A stretch of DNA of 64,000 bases from a virus. The DNA lies in the IMG/VR virus record IMGVR_UViG_3300028388_001808, positions 1 through 64,000 of that record; one strand, 5' to 3'. The position numbers and the translations under genes were made by a program. The notes under the pieces were generated by a model. The model saw only the letters and a list, made by a program, of their open reading frames with translations. It was not told the origin of the DNA and did no database searches. The number at the start of each line of letters is the position of its first letter. The stretch's first letter is position 1. Shown one piece after another: positions 1-9,823 of the stretch.

Positions 1-3000
1 CCTCTGCGAATCCATCTGATCGTACGCAGCTTTATCGAAAGTCTTACCGTCTATCACCTTAGCCAGATACTCAATTTCTCTTGAGAAGGATTTACGATCC
101 TTCAAAAACAGTTGGCGATACGTTTCATTCTCGCTATTAGCCAACTTGTTACCAGGGGCAATAAGAGAAGCTAGTCGCTTACCTACGTTAGTGAAAGTGT
201 TCGAAACAGCATGATTAAAGTCTTCAGGAGTCAGTAATTCTCTGCTTGCAGCATCGACAACTTTGCTGGAGAAGTCAAATCCGTAAGAATCTGTTTTTGC
301 GAATAATGCAGGATCACCTATTACCGTCATGAAACTGTTCGCATTGGCAATCATATTACCCAATACAAAATCAGTGGCTATCATAAAAGCCAGATTATCT
401 GCTGGCTGTTGGCCAAATCTTGACATGTAGGAACTATCGAAGTAAGGCAGTGTCGTATTACCGTCTTTATCCGGTACTAGCACACCAAGACTTTTCCATT
501 TCTTGACTTTGTTCTCTGCCTTTTCAGTAATCACCTTACCCAAAGTCTCGATAATAGCCTCTTCGAGATTAGGGTACTGCTGAAGTATTGCCTCTGTATT
601 CAAGCCTTCCTTTGCAGCATTTTCAAGGAACGTAAGGATGTTTATCTTGTTTCCGTCAGCATCGAAAGGAATCTTCAGTGCGTTCAAAATGGGAAAGAAA
701 TTGAACATTCTAGCACCAAGATCATATCCTTTGATATCAGTACTGCCCACCTCTCTAAAGAAGTGTACTATCCTTTTCAATTCCGGTAGAACTGACTGGT
801 CGAATAGGTACTGTACCAAATCAGGAGATATAATGGGTGAACCATCTTCAGCCGACAGGAAATCAGAAGAGTCTACCTTCCTGACGAGTGTTCTGGTTAC
901 AAGCATACTACCTTTATCAGACATTGTAGGCAGGAAGAAACCAGCTACCCGGTAAGTCTTTCCTTTATAGATCACATCCTTACCTTGTTTAGTGTCTTGA
1001 TGAAATCCAAGTTTCACCATTTCGTGATCGGCATCAGGGAGACTATCTATCTCAGCATTACGATAGTTACGCTTACCATGTTCCTTTAGTGCGTTTATAT
1101 CCAGATGAGCTAATGCAAAGACATCCCTCATAATTTCACTTATGGGGACACCTTCAAATTCCTCATCACTGGAAAGCATTCTAAGCCATTCTGAATTAGA
1201 GGAGAATGGAGTATTCAGAAGCTGTTGCAGTACATTACCCCTGCCAGTTACTAAATCAGTTACCCGGTCAGTAGCGTACTTACTTTGCGTGTAAGGGTAG
1301 ATTGTCTTATCACCCGTACGCACTGAATTAGGCATTAGTCTGTTTGTGTAGACTGCTTCCAGTCTTGCCAGAGACATTATAAGGCTCTGATCCAAAGGAT
1401 TATCCTGCGTTACATTGTAATCCTTATCAGACGAAATTACTTTTTGCAAGTAGTGTGCTAATGCCGCAAGTACATTATTCGTATTTTCAGCAGGTGTTAT
1501 TCTTGTAGTGAGTCCTACTGTTCTACCTCTATGTTTAAACTCTCCATTTATCAGACCGTTTATAGCTCTCGGAGAAAGATTGATGTTAAAAAAGGATAGA
1601 AACTCATAAATCTCAGGAGCTTGTGGACCTCTTCTATCGAACTTCTCAAGAACATAAAGCTCACGATCTCCTATCGCTGAACGATATATAGCATACTGTT
1701 CACCGTTTAGTACAAGTCCTGCATTCTTATTTTCTTGTAGTTTCTTGTTAAGAGCCGCTAAAGAAGATGCAGGTAGGTCACTTGGAGATACATAAATAAT
1801 GTTATTCCCTACCTCATTCTGTTCAGAGATGACCCTATAAAACTGCTTACTAAATGCAGTAGACAGGTTCTTTGGTACTTTCAACCCAAAAGTCATAGAC
1901 TCAAACACAGCTAATGCTGCTTTAGCCTGATCTTTATCTATAAGATATTCACCATTCTGATCAGTGTATACCAGATCGGAGAGTATGAAATCATTTACCC
2001 AGGTATTGTAGATCAGACGTTCCGTAGCACTTGCGTTCGAATCATAGACACGCAACACCATACCTTTTTTGGTACGGGAGTACATGACGAATTTCATGTC
2101 CATTGCATGTTTCGCCATTGTTACCACGAACTCATTTTTTATCTGCTGGTCTACTGCTTCTGATTTAAGTCTGGTAGCCAGTGACTTCAGCCAGGGAATT
2201 GCTTTACTTTGCTCCTCCAAAATGCCAATCATTGCATCCAGACTGACAGGGGAATTAGACTTGGCGATTACAGCAGATACCGTATTGTACGCCACGTCAA
2301 AAGGAACATAGACAGGTAGGCCGAGAAAACCTTTTATAGGTTCTCCATATTCATTCAAAGCTCTGACACCTGAAAGAAATCTTCTGAATCTGGAAGTGAT
2401 TGTAGCCTTCTGATCCATTTCAAGAGACGACTTGGAGTAGCTTCGTTCGTTGATCTGTTCCTCTTCGCTAAAATCTTCTGTGTTCTCTTCGCTATCTTCC
2501 AGAGGCTGCTCCTCTTGTATGTTTTGAATTTCTCCTACTTCTCCTTCTTCTGCTTTACGCAGCATGTTATCTCTACCAAGTACGTACTCTTCTATCGAAC
2601 CTTCTTCTTTATTGTACTTGAGTTTTACGCCCATGTGCTTACCAAGCATGTCTATCGCACTAGCAATAAGTTTTGCTTTGTTCTCAGGTGAGGACACAGT
2701 TTCCAGAGATTCGATAATAGGTAGTAGTCTGGAGACTACTTTTTGATAACTAGTATCCCCGGCATCCAATTTCTTTCTTGCCAGATTGTATTGAATCCTT
2801 GCACTATCCAATCTGTTCAGGATAGCAGATTCAAAGGTTTTGTTGATCTCTTTGAGTATCAGATCAAACGGCACAACTCCTACACGCGCTCCCCATTTTT
2901 CTCCCCTGTCAGTGCTTCTTGCGGACTGAATGGCTTCAGACATTACATTGAAAAGATAAGCAGTGATGTGAGCTTGTTGTGTATTTGTAAGCTTACCTAC

Positions 3001-6000
3001 TCTACTTTCTGCAAGTCTTTGTCGGATAGCATCTTCTTCCTCTTCAGACATTTCTCTGGAAAATAGCATATCGTCTCCTGCATCTTCCATGTCTTCGTAT
3101 CCATACTCATTATCAAGTTCATTCAAGATATCTTCTGCACTTTTTTCTTCTTCTGGTGTCTCTGTAGCGGCTTCTTCTTCAGTGGTTGTTCCTACTTCAG
3201 GAGCTACCTCTGTTACAGGTGCAGTAGTTTCTTCAGAATCTTCTTCCTGGATTATACCAACTTCAGGAGTACCGATACGTACTACAGGCTGTATGTACGT
3301 AACATACTTAGTACCTTCTGATGTCGGTACAGAGAAAGAAGGAATGTTGGTGAGTGTGCGAGATTTTACATGATCGACATAGTTCTGATCAGCAGTTATT
3401 GTGCCGTCTTCTTTTATGATAGGCACTACAGGATTTGTAGTAGCATGAGACAGTTGATAGTTGTAGCTTTTTTCTAGTAGAGACTGTGCTAGAAACTGAA
3501 GATTCGATCTCAAGTTTTGGATGTCTTCTTCAGTAGCGTTCTGCATAGCATTTGGGTGGATATGATAGAAGTCTTTTCCATCCGGAGTAAGTCTGTTCAC
3601 CTGTCCAAATACAACAGAACCGTGTTGAACACCTATAAAAGACATAGATGCAGGAATTACACTTGATCTTCCTGAAGTATCTTCTATGTGCGTACCGTGC
3701 TGCTCTGCTTGTGCTAATGCAGATACAAAGACTTGTCTGTAATCACCACCTCTCGCAATACCTTTTTGCGTATTTACGAATAGCGAAATATACTTTTCAA
3801 TACCTTCAGCAGAAGAAATATCTATTCTGGTAGCGTTTTGTATATCCTGAATTATTCTCGCATTCTCATCCGTACCTGGCATAATGTACGCTTCTACAGC
3901 TTTTGCTATAGATAGAGCAGCTTCCTCACTGACTTTACCATACTTCACAGGAAGCATGATATATTTAGGTTCTCCTTCATTTGCAGGTATAGGACGTAAT
4001 TCGAACATCTTACCTACACTGTCCGAAGCAATCGAATCGACATACTCCTTACCGCCAAGTACACTGTCAGTGGGAATAACTGAAGTGGAAGTCTCAGCCA
4101 ATTCTCCCTGAGCAGAAATTGCCACAACTTTAGTGTTCGGATCAGGATTTGCTACATTCAGCGGAACTGCTTTAGTCAGTCTACCGGATTTACCAATAGA
4201 GGTCTTTTCTATTGTAGTCTGCAATCCTTCTTCTTGCGCAAGGATTGCAGCTCTTGCATTCAGCAAGGACTCTCTTTGCTTACTTATTGTTTCATGTTGT
4301 GACTCTGCTATGTTGTGCGTATCTACCCAATTTACTTCATGTAAGTAACCATAGACCACACCTGTATCAGCATCTACAATTTCTATTGGTACTCTTGCTA
4401 CATACTCATAAGTACCGGGTTGCAGGTTTAATTCTTTGAACGGTACTTTCTCAATAGTATCTGCTTGATGATCTACTGTTACAGGTATCTCAGAAGGATC
4501 AGCTACTTTTCTGAGTATTACATTTTTCTTCCAACCCACAGGGTTTAGAAGAAATTGCAATGCACCAGGGTTATTCCTGTTTACTTCTATTGGATTTCCT
4601 TCATTCTGTATAGTCTGTCTTTCTACTTCCTGTATGTTTTCAGATTCGATAACAATCTTATCGTATTCGGCAGAAAGGTAAGCTACTTTGTTAAATGCTA
4701 TTTCTATAGCATCATTAACTATTCTGATGTTACCGTCTTCGTCATACTCAAGAACCTGATCAAGAGTAACTATTTTCTTCTCTTCCTTCTCTTCGTCTTC
4801 AGTAGTTTCCTTAATCTCTTCATAGGTAGGAGGAAGAGCTTGAGAGTTTATAGTATTTATAATCTCTTCAAGTCGAGACAAACTTTCTGTAGACTCAGGA
4901 GAACGATGTTTGTAAAGCAACGCCAGCGTTATAGCATAACGCTGAAAAGGTTGCATACCTACGCTATCAATAAACGATCTGGCAACCTCCTCAAATGTCG
5001 GTTCTCTTCCTATCCTGTTTGCTACAGCGTCAATAGCCTTGGAAAAAAACGTAAGGTTTTGGGTAGTGAAGTCTGTACTGACAGGGGCAAATAGATCATC
5101 GTTGTTAACGATGACCACATCACTCTGCTGGTTCATGGAATCCATGAAATTGCCCCATGCCTCAGCTTCTTCAGAAGAGGCGTTATCCAGATTTTCCTGT
5201 TCGCTTGAAACAGCTTCGCTTTGTGATGCTATAGGGTCTTCCGTAGAATCCATCTGAGCGGCTACCGTAGCTTCATATTCCTGACGTAGTTGTTCTTCGC
5301 TTACTTCAGATTCTGTAGGTGTGGCAGGTTCTGCTGGTGGGGCAGCAGGTGCTTCAGCTGTAGGAGTAGGAGCCGGAGTAGGAACAGGTGTTTCCGTTTC
5401 TTCTCTTTTTTGCTGTTCTTGCTGTTCTTTTCTGGCTACGTTACGTTTTGTGAGCTTCCTCATTTTATCGCGCAGCGTGTCAATCAGAGTAGCCTTTGTT
5501 TTCTTGATAGCTTCTTTCCTAGCGTTCTCTGTAGTGTCTACGATACTATCAATTACACTCTTGTCAAGAATACCATCATACTTAGCTTTAAGTTTTGCAA
5601 CCTTGTTAGCATAAACAGAATCGTCTCTTTCTGTACGCAGCTTGTCAAGACTGGTATACAAGTCCATCTGCTTACCTAAAGTCTCCTGAACTTCAGAAGA
5701 AGTAAGAGAGTGGTATTCTTTAGTATTCGCGTTAATGACATCCTGTAAAACTGCCTTTTGTTGCTGTAGAGCCATTAGTTGCGCTACTTCAGGAATAGCA
5801 GATGCTTTGTTTATAAACTCATCATAAGCTTTAGCTTCTGGAGTACCTTCTGCATATCCAGAATCTCCTACCAGATTATCAAGATGGTAGCGAAGACTAA
5901 CGTCTTCAGAAAGTTTGGTTGAGAGCGTACCAGCTTGTTCAGCTTCATTGATAGCAGTCCTTGCTTCGTCGATAAGTTCGTTCTGTGCCGTATTGATTTT

Positions 6001-7593
6001 ATCGATGTATGAATCAAGCATCACACGATTAGCGCGATTGACATATACATCTTTCTTATTGTTAAAGAGTGCAGACTTATCATAAGCTTTTTCAAGCTTT
6101 GTGATCATGTCTACAGCTTCAGCAGCCCTTTCCCTTACTGTATCTAATTCGTCCTGTTCGAATCCTTCGCTGATCAGTTTGTCATCAGAGAGACTGCCTA
6201 TTTCATTATATATAGACAACAGCTTTTCAGTAGTACCTTCTTCAAAGGATTTAAAAGCCTGTTCTGTAACAAGCTTTTTAGTTATAGCTTCATAAGCAGC
6301 CTCATCCCCTCTCTCATAAGCATCTTGTGCTTGCCGGGTAAGGTTTGCTATCTCTCCAGCAGACTGATAGAAAGAAGTAAGTGCTTTGATGTTGCCTCCT
6401 GCGGTAATCTCTGAAAGTTCTTCAAGGACTTTCTGCTGTCTGTCGTAAAGCAGCTTTCTGTCCGTTACAAATCCTTCTCCTTTTCTATAATTAGATACCT
6501 TCTCTCCAAAGTTCTTTATTCCTACAGTACCTGATGTCTGAGCCACACCACCAATAAAACCAAGAACACCGGAAGAAATACCTTCAGCAGATACAGCATC
6601 GCGTATACCGTCAGCTACAGTGTAGCCTTCTTGAAGACCTCTGTTAGTGGCTACGTGGTTAATTGTTTCTTCAAAATACTCCTGCAACCCTTCAGCACCT
6701 GTACTTCTAAGTGTACGTAACATCGTAGGCTTAGGTACTATCTTTCTTGTGCCACTAAGAAATGCTCCAGGCTTAACAAACCTGTAAGCAGACGTAAGGT
6801 TAAGCAAGAAATTTACCCTGTTCATGTTATACGAAGAAGCTGCACGTTGAGCAGCATACGTCTTCGCCCCTTCTACATCACCAGGATTTTCGGTAAGGAA
6901 TTTATGGTAAGACTGATCGTAGACATCTACAGCAATTCCAAATCCTTCAGCATGAGTAAGCGCGTAAGAGTTGATTGCAGATTCTGTAGCCAGTCCTAGC
7001 TGTTTACCAGCAGTAGTACCCTTCATAAAACGCGAGACGGCGTTACCAGAACGCAGCACCTTCATTGCTTTTGGTAATTGTGTTACCTTCGATACGCCAT
7101 AGCCAGTTGCAAGAAAAGCAAAGACTGAACGAGTCAGGTCGGCTCCGTTCTGAATCCAGAATCCCGTATCGCTCAAAGCATGATCAATAAGAGGATCATT
7201 ATCTCTGTAGTAGATTGGATTCTTTTGCTGTCTTCCTGCAATCTGACGATTTGCCCACCGTCTGACATCACCTGCAAACCATCCCTGATCTCCCCCTTTC
7301 CAGCTTTTCAGATCAGCTATAGATGCGGCTTGCGCGACTACTTCAGGAACAATACCACCTCTTACCTGAGAGACGCCATTCCAGAACTTTCTGGTCCAGT
7401 GCTGTGCGGCATCTAAAGAAGTAGCCCTGTCAGATAACAGGGCTGGTGTAAGACCGTAGTATTTTTGAGTTGCTTTCCAACCTCCCTCAGTTACTGTTCC
7501 TTTACCAGGAGTACCGGGAATTGGACTGGGGTTCGAATGAAAGTAGCTGGGATTGAATTTTTTATCTCTAGGATCGCTATTTCCGTTACTCAT
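1..7593 (-). CDS. Giant virion cargo protein / crAss-like virion RNA polymerase (3'-truncated by window edge, >=2531 aa)
   Basis: ATG at 7593 overlaps the stop of the upstream gene (MSNGNSDPRDKKF...). The same frame reads ...VGKRLASLIAPGNKL...KVIDGKTFDKAAYDQMDSQR at the left edge. It is absent from the ORF track, consistent with no stop inside the window; I checked the frame at both ends, not every codon. Position after muzzle and cargo genes matches crAss-like virion RNAP genes. Catalytic motif not seen in the window. Confidence 0.7.
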   Translation of the reverse strand, partial: MSNGNSDPRDKKFNPSYFHSNPSPIPGTPGKGTVTEGGWKATQKYYGLTPALLSDRATSLDAAQHWTRKFWNGVSQVRGGIVPEVVAQAASIADLKSWKGGDQGWFAGDVRRWANRQIAGRQQKNPIYYRDNDPLIDHALSDTGFWIQNGADLTRSVFAFLATGYGVSKVTQLPKAMKVLRSGNAVSRFMKGTTAGKQLGLATESAINSYALTHAEGFGIAVDVYDQSYHKFLTENPGDVEGAKTYAAQRAASSYNMNRVNFLLNLTSAYRFVKPGAFLSGTRKIVPKPTMLRTLRSTGAEGLQEYFEETINHVATNRGLQEGYTVADGIRDAVSAEGISSGVLGFIGGVAQTSGTVGIKNFGEKVSNYRKGEGFVTDRKLLYDRQQKVLEELSEITAGGNIKALTSFYQSAGEIANLTRQAQDAYERGDEAAYEAITKKLVTEQAFKSFEEGTTEKLLSIYNEIGSLSDDKLISEGFEQDELDTVRERAAEAVDMITKLEKAYDKSALFNNKKDVYVNRANRVMLDSYIDKINTAQNELIDEARTAINEAEQAGTLSTKLSEDVSLRYHLDNLVGDSGYAEGTPEAKAYDEFINKASAIPEVAQLMALQQQKAVLQDVINANTKEYHSLTSSEVQETLGKQMDLYTSLDKLRTERDDSVYANKVAKLKAKYDGILDKSVIDSIVDTTENARKEAIKKTKATLIDTLRDKMRKLTKRNVARKEQQEQQKREETETPVPTPAPTPTAEAPAAPPAEPATPTESEVSEEQLRQEYEATVAAQMDSTEDPIASQSEAVSSEQENLDNASSEEAEAWGNFMDSMNQQSDVVIVNNDDLFAPVSTDFTTQNLTFFSKAIDAVANRIGREPTFEEVARSFIDSVGMQPFQRYAITLALLYKHRSPESTESLSRLEEIINTINSQALPPTYEEIKETTEDEEKEEKKIVTLDQVLEYDEDGNIRIVNDAIEIAFNKVAYLSAEYDKIVIESENIQEVERQTIQNEGNPIEVNRNNPGALQFLLNPVGWKKNVILRKVADPSEIPVTVDHQADTIEKVPFKELNLQPGTYEYVARVPIEIVDADTGVVYGYLHEVNWVDTHNIAESQHETISKQRESLLNARAAILAQEEGLQTTIEKTSIGKSGRLTKAVPLNVANPDPNTKVVAISAQGELAETSTSVIPTDSVLGGKEYVDSIASDSVGKMFELRPIPANEGEPKYIMLPVKYGKVSEEAALSIAKAVEAYIMPGTDENARIIQDIQNATRIDISSAEGIEKYISLFVNTQKGIARGGDYRQVFVSALAQAEQHGTHIEDTSGRSSVIPASMSFIGVQHGSVVFGQVNRLTPDGKDFYHIHPNAMQNATEEDIQNLRSNLQFLAQSLLEKSYNYQLSHATTNPVVPIIKEDGTITADQNYVDHVKSRTLTNIPSFSVPTSEGTKYVTYIQPVVRIGTPEVGIIQEEDSEETTAPVTEVAPEVGTTTEEEAATETPEEEKSAEDILNELDNEYGYEDMEDAGDDMLFSREMSEEEEDAIRQRLAESRVGKLTNTQQAHITAYLFNVMSEAIQSARSTDRGEKWGARVGVVPFDLILKEINKTFESAILNRLDSARIQYNLARKKLDAGDTSYQKVVSRLLPIIESLETVSSPENKAKLIASAIDMLGKHMGVKLKYNKEEGSIEEYVLGRDNMLRKAEEGEVGEIQNIQEEQPLEDSEENTEDFSEEEQINERSYSKSSLEMDQKATITSRFRRFLSGVRALNEYGEPIKGFLGLPVYVPFDVAYNTVSAVIAKSNSPVSLDAMIGILEEQSKAIPWLKSLATRLKSEAVDQQIKNEFVVTMAKHAMDMKFVMYSRTKKGMVLRVYDSNASATERLIYNTWVNDFILSDLVYTDQNGEYLIDKDQAKAALAVFESMTFGLKVPKNLSTAFSKQFYRVISEQNEVGNNIIYVSPSDLPASSLAALNKKLQENKNAGLVLNGEQYAIYRSAIGDRELYVLEKFDRRGPQAPEIYEFLSFFNINLSPRAINGLINGEFKHRGRTVGLTTRITPAENTNNVLAALAHYLQKVISSDKDYNVTQDNPLDQSLIMSLARLEAVYTNRLMPNSVRTGDKTIYPYTQSKYATDRVTDLVTGRGNVLQQLLNTPFSSNSEWLRMLSSDEEFEGVPISEIMRDVFALAHLDINALKEHGKRNYRNAEIDSLPDADHEMVKLGFHQDTKQGKDVIYKGKTYRVAGFFLPTMSDKGSMLVTRTLVRKVDSSDFLSAEDGSPIISPDLVQYLFDQSVLPELKRIVHFFREVGSTDIKGYDLGARMFNFFPILNALKIPFDADGNKINILTFLENAAKEGLNTEAILQQYPNLEEAIIETLGKVITEKAENKVKKWKSLGVLVPDKDGNTTLPYFDSSYMSRFGQQPADNLAFMIATDFVLGNMIANANSFMTVIGDPALFAKTDSYGFDFSSKVVDAASRELLTPEDFNHAVSNTFTNVGKRLASLIAPGNKLANSENETYRQLFLKDRKSFSREIEYLAKVIDGKTFDKAAYDQMDSQR

Positions 7594-9823
7594 CTTCAGT
7601 GTTTGTAAAGTTGTACTCAGTTTCCCCTTCCGAATAGGATTGTAAGAGAGGCGGTGCTACATTATTAGCTGATTGTTGCAGACGTTGCTGGTTAGCTATT
7701 TTGTATATTTCCACTGCCAGTGCTTCCTGGTCTTTAGCCTTTAATTGCTCTGAATTCCCATCAGGGTCAGTAAGTGTGGCAGTGATCGTATTCGTTACAG
7801 GATGTCTTTTCATGCTTATCGTAACCTCGCCTAGCTGCATCACAGCTTCTTCGGAATGTGCAATACCTGAAAGATGAAGAGGTTCCATGTAATTAGCGTA
7901 CGCAGCCATCTTTACACCGTCCTGCCATTCAGCAGAACCGTACTCATAAGACTGCCACATTTTTTCTCCAAGATCATTCAGTAGCTGCGTCTCATTTCCT
8001 ATATCGGTAATTGCTGTAACCTTCTCTCTACCTAATACTTTACCGTCTTCGTCAAAGATGCTAAGCAAGAATACAGGCTTCCCTTCAAAATACTCAAGAC
8101 CTGGGCTACTTATATCTTTAGACGGATCACGAGTAGCGTATTTGTCATCATTTAGGATACCTCCTTTACCATTAACTCCGATGAGAGGTTTACCCTGCAC
8201 CGTCTTATAATCAGCGTAGATGTTTGAAAGTTGTTTCGTCAGCGTAGATTCGTAAGCACCTACAGTTGACTTGTAAGGTCCAGAATCAAATCCAGTAAAG
8301 TATGGAGCAGTTCCGGTAAGATGTACAATCTCTTCAGACTTACCAAACCTATTTACTGCTTTCTTATACTTTCCGTTGTACTTGTCAATAATACCATAGT
8401 GGTTTGACATGTTAGCAGTGTCATCATTTGTGATGCCCATTTTATCTAGCTGACGCATCAACCAATTATTCTTATTCTTTTCTTTAGCTGGATTCAACCC
8501 TTCTCTTACAAGCTTCTTAAAGTCTTCCATTCCTATCGGATCAAGACCATACTCGTATGCGTCTTTTTGATAGTCTGCGTACATTCTTCCCCAGCTAAAA
8601 TTAGCAGCGGGGCTATCGGCCATTTGTTTATCAAAAGCAGTTATGATGCTTTCATAGTTCTCGATATCCGATTCAAGACTTGAGATTCTTGCGTTTACGT
8701 CTTTGTACTCAGCAGTACCTGGTTCAAGTTGACTTAATTGCTGTTTAGCTACATCCAAAGCAGACCTGCTATCGTAGAGATTCTTGGAGGTTTCTTTGTA
8801 CGTAGGGAAGGCGTCAACTTGTTCACCTGCTGTGAACTTGCCGTAAATACCGGGAGACTTCTGATTCCAGTTTTTGTATTTCTTTTTGTAAGCCAGATTA
8901 GTAGCAGCTATAGCATCGTAGTCTCTGGATTTCATACTAGACGTTACCTTGAATTCCGATTTTGTCCTTGCGGCAGATGCGCCAAATACAATACTACCAA
9001 TTTGAGTATTCAGATTAGGTATTCTGTTACCTTCCTCATCTTCAATCCATACCTGATACTCATCAACAGGTTCAGTACCAGTAGCTTGCGCTACTGCATT
9101 CGACCACTGTTGCGCAGACATAAACACATCGCCAGGAATTTGAGACATGATCATATTTGTAATGTCTTCAAACTCCCTTCCTGTAACCTTACCAGATTGC
9201 CAAGCAGATTCCCATCTGCTAAGGTCTTGTCTTGTAAGACCGTAGACTTCAAGATCAGTATCTTTTATGTTATCTACTATCTGGTTGACCATGTTCGTGA
9301 TTTCCTTAGCGTCCACATGCTTTACCATGTTTGCTCCGGATATTTGACCATAAGTGCCTGTCGAAGGATTATAATTAAGAGGATCGACTTTTATGTTCGA
9401 TACGGCGTAGTTTGCAAGTATAGGATTATCCTTGTAGGTTTCCTTATACTGTTTAACCATTTCATCATACACCCCTTTACGCTTAAACATAGCAGACGCC
9501 TCTCCAGTCAACCAGTCTCTTTGTATCGTTCTACCTAGATTTGTTACTTTAGGCATGTACTTTCTGTACTGTAATGGGTCTTGTTGTATGCCTGAAGTAA
9601 TCTCATCTATCTCTGACTGGTATTTTCTTAACTTCTCCTGAAAAGCGGGCTGGTCTTCTTGTATTACTTCACCTTGAAGATACTCACTAAGAGTATAAGC
9701 ACCAGCCTCAGTAGCTGCTATCTTTTGATCCAGAGACTCGATTACCCCAAGTAATTGCTCTTGAGGTACTTTATAAGTAAAGTCCAGGTACTGACCTGGA
9801 CTTGTTCTATAATTTCGTGCCAT
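7586..9823 (-). CDS. Virion cargo / ejection protein (745 aa)
   Basis: Long helical/coiled-coil ORF between the first cargo gene and the giant gene; crAss-like synteny. Confidence 0.6.
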   Translation of the reverse strand: MARNYRTSPGQYLDFTYKVPQEQLLGVIESLDQKIAATEAGAYTLSEYLQGEVIQEDQPAFQEKLRKYQSEIDEITSGIQQDPLQYRKYMPKVTNLGRTIQRDWLTGEASAMFKRKGVYDEMVKQYKETYKDNPILANYAVSNIKVDPLNYNPSTGTYGQISGANMVKHVDAKEITNMVNQIVDNIKDTDLEVYGLTRQDLSRWESAWQSGKVTGREFEDITNMIMSQIPGDVFMSAQQWSNAVAQATGTEPVDEYQVWIEDEEGNRIPNLNTQIGSIVFGASAARTKSEFKVTSSMKSRDYDAIAATNLAYKKKYKNWNQKSPGIYGKFTAGEQVDAFPTYKETSKNLYDSRSALDVAKQQLSQLEPGTAEYKDVNARISSLESDIENYESIITAFDKQMADSPAANFSWGRMYADYQKDAYEYGLDPIGMEDFKKLVREGLNPAKEKNKNNWLMRQLDKMGITNDDTANMSNHYGIIDKYNGKYKKAVNRFGKSEEIVHLTGTAPYFTGFDSGPYKSTVGAYESTLTKQLSNIYADYKTVQGKPLIGVNGKGGILNDDKYATRDPSKDISSPGLEYFEGKPVFLLSIFDEDGKVLGREKVTAITDIGNETQLLNDLGEKMWQSYEYGSAEWQDGVKMAAYANYMEPLHLSGIAHSEEAVMQLGEVTISMKRHPVTNTITATLTDPDGNSEQLKAKDQEALAVEIYKIANQQRLQQSANNVAPPLLQSYSEGETEYNFTNTEDE

